Assembly (NCBI GenBank): GCA_963792945.1
Contig: CAWBYM010000019.1
Coordinates: 66,158-130,157, forward strand
Direction: 5' to 3'
DNA length: 64,000 bases
Source of the DNA: an uncultured delta proteobacterium
GTDB lineage: Bacteria; Desulfobacterota; Desulfobacteria; Desulfobacterales; SG8-13
Shown here: positions 37,958-45,699 of the stretch, piece by piece
Position numbering within the stretch: the stretch's first letter is position 1
Layout of the letters: each line of letters opens with the position of its first letter
Notes under the pieces: generated by a model
The model's input: the letters and a program-made list of their open reading frames with translations, nothing else
Told to the model about the DNA's origin: nothing
The model's database searches: none
Made by a program: the position numbers and the translations under genes

Positions 37958-38275
37958 ATGCCGACAGTTGAATTCATGGGGAAGTCATTTAGCGTAGACG
38001 AGGACGGGTTCATCGATTCTTATACCAACTGGAGCCAAGAGTGGGTCCAGTGGGTCAAGAAAGAAGAAGGGATCGACGAACTCAACGAAGAGCACCAGAA
38101 GGTGATCAAGGTCCTTCGTGAATACTACGAGAAGAATGGTATTGCCCCGATGGTTCGGGTACTTTCCAAGGTTACCGGTTTCAAACTGAAACATATCTAC
38201 GAGCTGTTTCCCTCCGGACCGGGCAAGGGAGCTTGTAAAATGGCCGGTCTTCCAAAACCGACCGGGTGTGTATAA
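37958..38275 (+). CDS. dsrC: DsrC (dissimilatory sulfite reductase-associated sulfur carrier)
   Basis: 105 aa. Near-identical architecture to Desulfovibrio DsrC: GKSFSVDEDGF...NGIAPMVRVLSKVTGFKLKHIYELFPSGPGKGACKMAGLPKPTGCV, with both redox Cys (C-x10-C-V at the C-terminus). Confidence 0.92.
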   Translation: MPTVEFMGKSFSVDEDGFIDSYTNWSQEWVQWVKKEEGIDELNEEHQKVIKVLREYYEKNGIAPMVRVLSKVTGFKLKHIYELFPSGPGKGACKMAGLPKPTGCV

Positions 38276-38315
38276 AACCCATCCGACGGATAAAGACCCG
38301 ACGATTTATTACGGG

Positions 38316-38347
38316 AAAAGGCCCTGCATGCTCTGCAGGGCCTTTTC
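38316..38347 (+). terminator. intrinsic (symmetric, potentially bidirectional) terminator after dsrC
   Basis: AAAAGGCCCTGCA-tgctc-TGCAGGGCCTTTT is a 9-bp GC-rich stem flanked by an A-tract and a T-tract. Confidence 0.6.
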
Positions 38348-38366
38348 TGCATTGAGGAGATGTCCC

Positions 38367-38768
38367 ATGGTTGAGCTCACCGTTCATACCAGTGCCAGGA
38401 CGGAATTCATCGATGTCACGGCCGAGGTTCAGGAAGCTGTCGCTGCGACTGGGGTCGAAAACGGTCTCTGCATGCTCTACGTCCCGCACACCACCGCCGC
38501 TCTCACCATAAATGAAAGCGCCGATCCCAGCGTCAGGGCCGACATTTTAAAAATCATAAACGACATCGTTCCCTGGGATGACGGCTACCGTCACCTGGAA
38601 GGCAACTCCGCCGCCCATATCAAAACCACGCTTGTCGGATCTTCGGAAATGCTCATGATCGAAAGGGGCCGCCTGGTCCTGGGTACGTGGCAGGGCATTT
38701 TCTTTTGTGAGTTCGACGGACCCAGAACACGGAAACTGCACGTGAATCTGATACCGGCTGTAAAATAA
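38367..38768 (+). CDS. yjbQ: YjbQ/UPF0047 family protein (secondary thiamine-phosphate synthase-like)
   Basis: MVELTVHTSARTEFIDVTAEV...LYVPHTTAALTINESADPSV...EGNSAAHIKTTLVGSS...GTWQGIFFCEFDGPR. ATG 38367 has GAGGAGA upstream. Confidence 0.85.
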   Translation: MVELTVHTSARTEFIDVTAEVQEAVAATGVENGLCMLYVPHTTAALTINESADPSVRADILKIINDIVPWDDGYRHLEGNSAAHIKTTLVGSSEMLMIERGRLVLGTWQGIFFCEFDGPRTRKLHVNLIPAVK

Positions 38769-38934
38769 TCGACGGGGATCCCCCGGACTGTCTGGGGAGA
38801 TTCAATGCATTCGGCCATCCCGGCAGGTAACGAACAATGCAGACGGTGATCATCACATGCCATTGCTCCGGCTCTACCGGAGATCATTGATTCCCGCTTT
38901 CTAAACAATCGGAAGCAAAGGGGGGGCGGATCGC

Positions 38935-39387
38935 ATGATTCTTGACGATACGGACCGACGCATATTGAACCGGATACAGACACGCTTTCCGATTTTGCTG
39001 CGACCCTATAAAGCGATTGCCGATGACCTGGGGCTGAGCGAAGACGATGTCATTGGACGTGTCAGGAAACTGAAGGAAAAAGGTGTCATCCGACGGATAG
39101 GCGGGAACTTTGTGCCGGAAAAAGTCGGATTTGTGAGCACACTTTGTGCCGCGAAAGTCCCCGAGGACGCGATCGACCGTTTTGCGGCTGTCGTCAACCG
39201 CTATGCTGGTGTGACGCACAATTATCAACGCGACCATGAGGTCAATATCTGGTTTACCTTTATCGCGCCGTCGATGACGGAAATCGAATCCAATCTCGAG
39301 CAGATTTCGAGGGAGACGGGTGTCGGCGGCATCCTGAATTTACCGGCGACCCGGGTTTTCAAAATCAAGGCCAAGTTCGACCTGTAA
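38935..39387 (+). CDS. Lrp/AsnC-type protein of the siroheme decarboxylase AhbA/AhbB (NirD/L/G/H) family
   Basis: LDDTDRRILNRIQTRFPILLRPYKAIADDLGLSEDDVIGRVRKLKEKGVIRRIG...VTHNYQR...N(I/L)WFT pattern. Confidence 0.65.
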   Translation: MILDDTDRRILNRIQTRFPILLRPYKAIADDLGLSEDDVIGRVRKLKEKGVIRRIGGNFVPEKVGFVSTLCAAKVPEDAIDRFAAVVNRYAGVTHNYQRDHEVNIWFTFIAPSMTEIESNLEQISRETGVGGILNLPATRVFKIKAKFDL

Positions 39388-39421
39388 TTTTAGTTTCCCG
39401 TGATGTCATCTGGAAAGTCAA

Positions 39422-40306
39422 ATGAAAAAAGGGGCGACGCCTGTTCGCCCCGTGGATCACTTCCAAATCAAACCCTTAGACTCGTTTCGGTGCGCCATGC
39501 GTGATATCCGTTTGGCTCTAGCGGTGGCCAACTGCCCAGTGGCAGCCATAGAAAAAAATCTGGAAAGCGTGGCCCGATGGTCCGAGAAGGCCGCCCAGCA
39601 GGGAGCGGAGGTGATTTGTTTCCCCGAGTTGAACGTCACCGGATATGGCGCCGGCAAGTCGCCGGCCCAAACGGTTCTGCCGATACCCGGTCCTGAGACC
39701 GAGAGGCTGGTTGAAATTGCCCGGGCATCATCGCTGGTGGTTCTCGCGGGAATGGCGGAAAAGGATAAACAGGGCCGGGTTTTCGCCACGCACCTGGTTG
39801 CCACACCCCAAGGATTGGCAGGCATTTACCGAAAGCTTCACGTGGCACCGCCGGAACAGGCGATTTTTAGCCACGGCAACCGAATTTTAATCCACGCCCT
39901 CCGGGGGGTGACCTTCGGCATTCAGCTCTGTTATGATGCTCACTTCCCGGAGCTCGCCACCCGCATGGCTCTGGAAGGGTGTGACCTGATTGTCATCCCG
40001 CATGCTTCCCCACGGGGGAGCCCCAAGAAAAAATTGGCCTCCTGGATGCGCCACCTGTCGGCGCGGGCCTTCGACAACGGCGTCTTCGTCGCGGCCTGCA
40101 ACCAGGTCGGCGGCAACGGCAACGGGCTCGAGTTTCCGGGGGTTGCCGTGGTTATCGGCCCCGACGGTCGTATCCTGCAACAATGTGTTGACGATCAGGA
40201 GGGGCTTCTCCTGGTTGACCTCAAGTCCACGCTCTTGTCCAGCGTGAGGCGGCACCGGATGAGATACTTTTTGCCCCACCGCCGCCCGGATGCTTACCGA
40301 CTTTAG
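39422..40306 (+). CDS. carbon-nitrogen hydrolase (nitrilase superfamily)
   Basis: ICFPELNVTGY (catalytic Glu), YRKLH (Lys), and GIQLCYDAHFPE (Cys). The start is possibly at ATG 39497 (MRDIRLALAV). Confidence 0.8.
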   Translation: MKKGATPVRPVDHFQIKPLDSFRCAMRDIRLALAVANCPVAAIEKNLESVARWSEKAAQQGAEVICFPELNVTGYGAGKSPAQTVLPIPGPETERLVEIARASSLVVLAGMAEKDKQGRVFATHLVATPQGLAGIYRKLHVAPPEQAIFSHGNRILIHALRGVTFGIQLCYDAHFPELATRMALEGCDLIVIPHASPRGSPKKKLASWMRHLSARAFDNGVFVAACNQVGGNGNGLEFPGVAVVIGPDGRILQQCVDDQEGLLLVDLKSTLLSSVRRHRMRYFLPHRRPDAYRL

Positions 40307-40372
40307 CTTGGGGTTGACCGGGCCCGCACTGTTGACAGAACGATTATGCCGACGGAACTGATAGACTAACCG

Positions 40373-41362
40373 TCAATTCGGGATTGATCGGTGCCGCCGA
40401 TAGTAAGCCACCGAGTCGAGAGTATAGATGAGCAGGGCAGACCAGATCAGCACGAAAGTCCACAACTGAACTGTGCGGAACGGTTCTCCGTATGCGAAGA
40501 CGGCCAGCAGAAAAGTACAGCTGGGTGCAATGTACTGCAGAATGCCGATCGTCGAAAAATGGATCCGGCGAGCGCCGATCGTAAACAGCAGCAAGGGCAG
40601 GGCCGTGACCAGGGCGGCTGCAAGCAGCAAGAGGTCGATCCGGAAGTCGCCTTTCAGAAACGCCCCTCCGCCTTGAACATGAACATATAAAAGGTAGAAC
40701 ACTGCCGGGCAGGACAGCAACAGTGTTTCAACCGTCAAACCGACCAGCGCGTTGACTTCCGCCACCTTGCGTATCAAGCCGTAAAACCCGAAAGTGAGTG
40801 CCAGAAACAGGGCGATCCAGGGCGGGTGGCCGATGTCGATGGTCATGTAGATGACGCCGATGGCTGCCAGGCTGACCGCCGTAATCTGGGCCGGGCGCAG
40901 CCGTTCCTTCAGAAACAACAGACCCAAGACCACGTTGAAAAGAGGATTGATATAGTATCCCAGAGAGGTCTGGAGGATCAGGTCGTTGTTGATGGCCCAG
41001 ATGAATACGAACCAGTTGCCGGCGACCAGCAGCGTTGTTGACAGCAGGATCAGAATGGTCCGGCGGGATGTGAGAGCCGCTTTGAATTCCTTTCGGCGCC
41101 GGGTCAACAAGACCAGCGGCAGGAGGAACAGGAAGGACCACACCATGCGGTGCATCAGGATTTCGAAGGGCGGGACCGAGCGCAGCGCCTTGAAGTAAAT
41201 CGGGCTCAATCCCCAAATCAGAAAGGCGCCGACCGCGCAGGCCGCGCCGGCCAACGATTCCTTTTGAGCAGGGCTGTTGCGGTTTTTTTGAGGATTCACG
41301 CTTGACTCCTCCGATTGGATATCTTTTTGCCGCCCGAGTGTTCGAGGCGAAATCCGCACCAT
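40373..41362 (-). CDS. rarD: EamA/RarD-type DMT-superfamily transporter
   Basis: GAFLIWGLSPIYFKAL...PFEILMHRMVWS and 10 hydrophobic segments. The start is taken at ATG 41362; the track ORF extends 47 codons further upstream. Confidence 0.75.
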   Translation of the reverse strand: MVRISPRTLGRQKDIQSEESSVNPQKNRNSPAQKESLAGAACAVGAFLIWGLSPIYFKALRSVPPFEILMHRMVWSFLFLLPLVLLTRRRKEFKAALTSRRTILILLSTTLLVAGNWFVFIWAINNDLILQTSLGYYINPLFNVVLGLLFLKERLRPAQITAVSLAAIGVIYMTIDIGHPPWIALFLALTFGFYGLIRKVAEVNALVGLTVETLLLSCPAVFYLLYVHVQGGGAFLKGDFRIDLLLLAAALVTALPLLLFTIGARRIHFSTIGILQYIAPSCTFLLAVFAYGEPFRTVQLWTFVLIWSALLIYTLDSVAYYRRHRSIPN

Positions 41363-41534
41363 AGTCGAACCGCCAAAGGAAGTCAAAACTGAATCCAGAA
41401 TAGGTTGACTTTGTTTGACACTGGAACCGAGCTTTCCTATACTGCAGCGATATCGGCAACCGTGGCATCCGATTGCCGCTGTCAGCGTTTTCCGGTTGTC
41501 CACGGAGGATGCTACATTCTTTAGGAGAGGAAAC

Positions 41535-42341
41535 GTGTCCTGGAGCGATTATTTTACTAATGAATACAAAAACGGCGTCGCGTGGTTGACCCTCAACCGA
41601 CCGGAAAAGCGCAACGCCATGGATTTTGATTTCTTCGAAGGGCTGAAGGCGCTTTTCAGGCAGTTTGATGCCCGTACCGACGTCCGGGTCGTGGTGGTAA
41701 AGGCGAATGGTAAAAGCTTTACGGCCGGGACCGATCTGACGGCGGCGACGTCGATCTTTGGGAGCGGCGCGGCAGATGATCGCGACGCCTTGTTCCGGGC
41801 GATACGGGATCTTCAGCGGGGAATCCAGGCGATAGAGGATTGCTGCAAACCGGTTATTGCCGCTGTTCACGGACACTGCATCGGCGGTGGCGTCGATATG
41901 ATATGTGCCTGCGACATACGCCTGGCGGAGAAATCCTCCGTGTTCAGTATCCGAGAGACCCGCATGGGGATAATCGCTGATTTGGGGACCCTGCAACGAC
42001 TGCCCCGGATCGTTGGAGAGGGCTGCAGCCGGGAGCTGGCCTTTACCGGTCGGGACTTCGGTGCGCCGGAGGCCTTCGCCATGGGATTGGTCAACCGGGT
42101 TTGCGACGGCCGATCACAGCTGTACGATGAAGCTGAAGCCCTTGCCCGCCAGATAGCGGACAATCCGCCGTTAACCGTCCAGGGGGTCAAGGATGTCATC
42201 AACTACAGCCGTGATGCCGGCGTAGAAGCCGGTTTGAGGTACACCGCCCAGAAGAATGCCGCTGCGCTCCTTTCAGAAGATCTAATTGAAGCGATAACGG
42301 CTTTCAGGGAAAGGCGCCCACCGCACTTCAAGGGGAAATAG
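41535..42341 (+). CDS. enoyl-CoA hydratase/isomerase (crotonase) family protein
   Basis: VAWLTLNRPEKRNAM, FTAGTDL, and AAVHGHCIGGGVDM oxyanion-hole motifs. GTG 41535 is preceded by AGGAGAGG. Confidence 0.85.
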   Translation: MSWSDYFTNEYKNGVAWLTLNRPEKRNAMDFDFFEGLKALFRQFDARTDVRVVVVKANGKSFTAGTDLTAATSIFGSGAADDRDALFRAIRDLQRGIQAIEDCCKPVIAAVHGHCIGGGVDMICACDIRLAEKSSVFSIRETRMGIIADLGTLQRLPRIVGEGCSRELAFTGRDFGAPEAFAMGLVNRVCDGRSQLYDEAEALARQIADNPPLTVQGVKDVINYSRDAGVEAGLRYTAQKNAAALLSEDLIEAITAFRERRPPHFKGK

Positions 42342-42425
42342 CCGTAACCAACAGACAAGAAAGCGTCAAATGTCGACGTGGACGTTACAGTCTGCAAGCG
42401 ATAATCCTGCCGGAAAGGGGTATGC

Positions 42426-43580
42426 ATGCAACCGAGCCGGGGCGCATTGTCCGGTTTCACCGTTCTTGATCTGTCCCGCCTGTTGCCCGGGCCATTTTGC
42501 TCCATGATCCTTGCCGATCACGGAGCGCGGGTGATCGCCATCGAGGACAGACGCTATCGATCCGAAGATTTTCTTTTGGCAACGGTCAACCGCAACAAGC
42601 AGCATATGACCCTCAATCTCAAGGCCACCGAGGGTCGGTCCATATTTTACCGTTTGGTCCAAACGGCGGATGTGGTTCTGGAAGGGTTTCGTCCGGGAGT
42701 CGTCAAGCGGCTCGGGGTCGACTACGATGCGGTTCGGGTTTTCAACCCCGGCATCGTCTATTGTGCGGTGAGCGGCTACGGACAAACCGGTCCTCTGAGT
42801 GACAAGGCCGGCCACGACGTCAACTACTTGGCCCATTCTGGCGTTCTCGACGTGATCGGCGAGCCTGACCGGCCGCCGGTCATCCCCGGTATCCAAATTG
42901 CGGACATGGCCGGGGGGGGCTTGAATGCGGCGGTGGGGATCCTTCTGGCATTGCTTGCCCGCGAGAAGACCGGCCGGGGACAGTATATCGACATCTCCAT
43001 GACCGATGGATCGGTCAGCCTGCTCTCCCTTCTGCTTCATTTTCAGCAATCTCGCGGTGAAGCCCCCCGACGGGCCGACACACGTTTTTCGCATCGTTAT
43101 GCCTGCTACAATACCTACGAAACCCGAGACGGGCGCTATCTCTCGATCGGGGCGGTGGAAAAAAAGTTTTGGAAGAGGATCTGCGAAATCTTCGGCGTCG
43201 AAGAGTATTCTGCTCTTCAATACGATAACGAACGGAGAAAGGAGATCATCGAATCTCTGCGCCGCACGATTAAGACCCGGACACTGACGCAGTGGGAGGA
43301 ACTGCTGGCCGATGTCGATGCCTGCTGGGCGCCGGTCAGAACGCTGGAGGAAGTTCTGCAGGAGAAGCATTTCCGCGCAAGAGAGATGGTGGTCGATATG
43401 GACGACCGGCAGAAGGGGGTGCAGTCTCTTCTCTTCGGGACGCCGATCAAAATGAGTGATACTCCCGGGAGTCTTCGCACCCCGTCGCCCGGCTTCGGCG
43501 AGCATACCCGCGACATTCTTATCGAACTGGGGTATGCGACCCAAGACATTGACGCCATGGTGGAAAAAGGCATTGTATAA
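42426..43580 (+). CDS. family III CoA-transferase (CaiB/BaiF/racemase-like)
   Basis: LSGFTVLDLSRLLPGPFCSMILADHGARVI, GFRPGV, and GHDVNY. Confidence 0.9.
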   Translation: MQPSRGALSGFTVLDLSRLLPGPFCSMILADHGARVIAIEDRRYRSEDFLLATVNRNKQHMTLNLKATEGRSIFYRLVQTADVVLEGFRPGVVKRLGVDYDAVRVFNPGIVYCAVSGYGQTGPLSDKAGHDVNYLAHSGVLDVIGEPDRPPVIPGIQIADMAGGGLNAAVGILLALLAREKTGRGQYIDISMTDGSVSLLSLLLHFQQSRGEAPRRADTRFSHRYACYNTYETRDGRYLSIGAVEKKFWKRICEIFGVEEYSALQYDNERRKEIIESLRRTIKTRTLTQWEELLADVDACWAPVRTLEEVLQEKHFRAREMVVDMDDRQKGVQSLLFGTPIKMSDTPGSLRTPSPGFGEHTRDILIELGYATQDIDAMVEKGIV

Positions 43581-43626
43581 GACCAAACAGTGCTTAGCTT
43601 CTCGGCACCTGAGGTAACCTCATCCC

Positions 43627-45588
43627 ATGACCACATTTGAACGATACAGGGAACCGCTGTTCCGCCTCCGAGACATTGTGCCCGAACTGGTGGAAATGCT
43701 TCACATCGAAGGGGCGGTGTCAGGCGAGGCGTGGAGCAACCTCGATGCCCGGCTTTTGCCCTTGATCGACCCCAAACTACCCCTGATGGTAGCCATTTGC
43801 GGCGGCGCCAACGCGGGAAAGTCGACCCTCTTCAATTCCCTGTTGAACGTGAGAGTGTCTCCGGTACGAGGAAACGCCGGGAGCACCCGACGGGTGTTGA
43901 TCGCCGTTCATCCCCAAATGATCGAGCAAAAAAGAGTTCTTGCGAGTCTGTTTGATCCTTTCGGTCAGACACCTCTTCCCCTGGGAAACCCCTTGGACCT
44001 GTTGGATCCCGGGCCGCCTTTGGTTACCGTGCATCAGGATATACCTCAGGGGCAGATTTTGATGGACACCCCGGATTTCGATACCGGATCCGACGATCGA
44101 TTCATCAACCGGGATGTGGCCCGGGAGGTTCTGGAAGCCTGCAATGTCCTTGTCTACATCGTCACCAACACCACCTACAACAACCTTGATAACACCCGCT
44201 TCATGCGCCGGATTCTGACCGAAACGGGAATGCGACGGTGCATCCTGGTCTACAACTGCTCCCGCACCCTCGACGACCGGCAGGTCAGGGACCATTTAGA
44301 CACCACGGCCGCCAACCTATACGGGGCGGCCAAGGATGAATATCTCATCGGCACCTTTCGTACCGACACCAGCGATGCCGTGGCGGCGGGCGAAGAACTC
44401 ATGCACCTCAGACCGGTGCAGACCGGGTCGCCCGATATCATGACTCTTTTAGGAAGCCTGGATCCCCACCAGATCAGGGAGCGGCAGATTCAGACGATGC
44501 TGGAAGCCTTCGTCCGCCACGTCCGCCAGGTTGTCCGTGAGTCGGCGATCGTGAGGGACGAAATCGAGCTGTATACCGCCGCGCTGCATCTGGTGCTCGG
44601 ACGCGCTGTTCAGCAATCGCTGGTGTCATTTCCCCTGAAACGAATCATGCAGCGAATGAACGACATCTGGCTTGAGACCAGTCCAGCGCACCTTAAATTT
44701 TTTAGAGGCGTCGGCAGCCTCATCGGAAAACCGGCCAAGGCGATCCTTGCCCTCGTAAAACCGGCCAAGGCTGGTGACACTGAAAAAAACAAAGGGAGTT
44801 TCGGTGCGGTCGAACCCCTTGAACGCATCAAATCCGATCTGCTGGGTTCGGCATCGGAATTGCGGGACAACGTGCTGGCAGAGGAAATTATTGCTGAGAC
44901 CATTGCCAGGGATCCGACTGGGGAGAGCTTGGCCTCCCTGGTCGATCATATCCGGCGGCAGCGCCGGCTGAGTGAAAAGGAATTGCCCTTCTGCCACATC
45001 GCAGCGGCCACCGGCACCGTTACCGTGCATGTCGCTGCCCCGGCATGCTCGAAGGAAGTACGCCAAGGCTGCGGCAGTCGGCTCTGGTCCGACACCGCCG
45101 ACAGGATCATCGCCACAGCCGGAGACGTCCTGGACTTGTCTGAGGATGCGGCCCTCAACCAGGAATTGACCGATTTGGTCGGCCAGTTCCGTCAACGGAT
45201 GAATTTTCTGCAAAAAACCCGCGAATCTTTCTTCGCTTCTTTGAATGTCTTGCCGGCCACCCTCGGCATTGCCTATATTCTCACTACCGGCGACCCGGTG
45301 GGAGGCGGCGGCATATATGCCAAGCTGCACGGATTGTTCGGTGTGCACGACCTTTGGGCCCTGGTCTCTATTCCGGCTTCCGCCGGAATAGATGAAACCG
45401 GCCGAAAAGATCTCTCCGAGATGCTGGAGCCGGTGGTCAAACGGTGGATCGAAAACCGGGCCCGCATCGTCAAGCAGGTCTTCGAAGAAACCATCGTCGG
45501 AGAGGTGATCCATCAGATGGAAGCCACTGCGGAAAAGTCCGGTCAACTGATCCACGCGACTGAAGAAGCGCTTGATCCTTTCAGCTGA
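43627..45588 (+). CDS. large P-loop GTPase-like protein (653 aa), dynamin/BDLP-like architecture, first of a tandem pair
   Basis: Walker A/G1 ICGGANAGKSTLFNSL and G3-like ILMDTPDFDTGSD. The remainder is long and helical, with a short hydrophobic/Gly-rich segment (VLPATLGIAYILTTGDPVGGGGIY). No clean NKxD motif (VYNCSR). Confidence 0.7.
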   Translation: MTTFERYREPLFRLRDIVPELVEMLHIEGAVSGEAWSNLDARLLPLIDPKLPLMVAICGGANAGKSTLFNSLLNVRVSPVRGNAGSTRRVLIAVHPQMIEQKRVLASLFDPFGQTPLPLGNPLDLLDPGPPLVTVHQDIPQGQILMDTPDFDTGSDDRFINRDVAREVLEACNVLVYIVTNTTYNNLDNTRFMRRILTETGMRRCILVYNCSRTLDDRQVRDHLDTTAANLYGAAKDEYLIGTFRTDTSDAVAAGEELMHLRPVQTGSPDIMTLLGSLDPHQIRERQIQTMLEAFVRHVRQVVRESAIVRDEIELYTAALHLVLGRAVQQSLVSFPLKRIMQRMNDIWLETSPAHLKFFRGVGSLIGKPAKAILALVKPAKAGDTEKNKGSFGAVEPLERIKSDLLGSASELRDNVLAEEIIAETIARDPTGESLASLVDHIRRQRRLSEKELPFCHIAAATGTVTVHVAAPACSKEVRQGCGSRLWSDTADRIIATAGDVLDLSEDAALNQELTDLVGQFRQRMNFLQKTRESFFASLNVLPATLGIAYILTTGDPVGGGGIYAKLHGLFGVHDLWALVSIPASAGIDETGRKDLSEMLEPVVKRWIENRARIVKQVFEETIVGEVIHQMEATAEKSGQLIHATEEALDPFS

Positions 45589-45699
45589 CTCGGCAGGGCA
45601 TGTTTCCGGCGATTTTGTTCCTGGCCCTGAGAAACAAGAGCGATAACCGTACGTGACACTCTTTCCATAGATGCCGAACATTGACAGGCGAGGTGACAG

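Noticed and set aside
40728-41996. 422-aa minus-strand ORF spanning rarD and the crotonase gene
   Set aside because: It is out of frame with rarD and antisense to the crotonase gene, both of which have clear family motifs. The translation is Pro/Arg/Gly-rich junk.
42366-43586. 406-aa minus-strand ORF; also 44626..45681 (351 aa), 24366..25118 (250 aa), 54677..55420, 57690..58329 and 62904..63767
   Set aside because: Antisense shadows of the CoA-transferase, GTPase 1, alr, LOR/SDH, HpcH-aldolase and PH-like/ABC-2 genes respectively.
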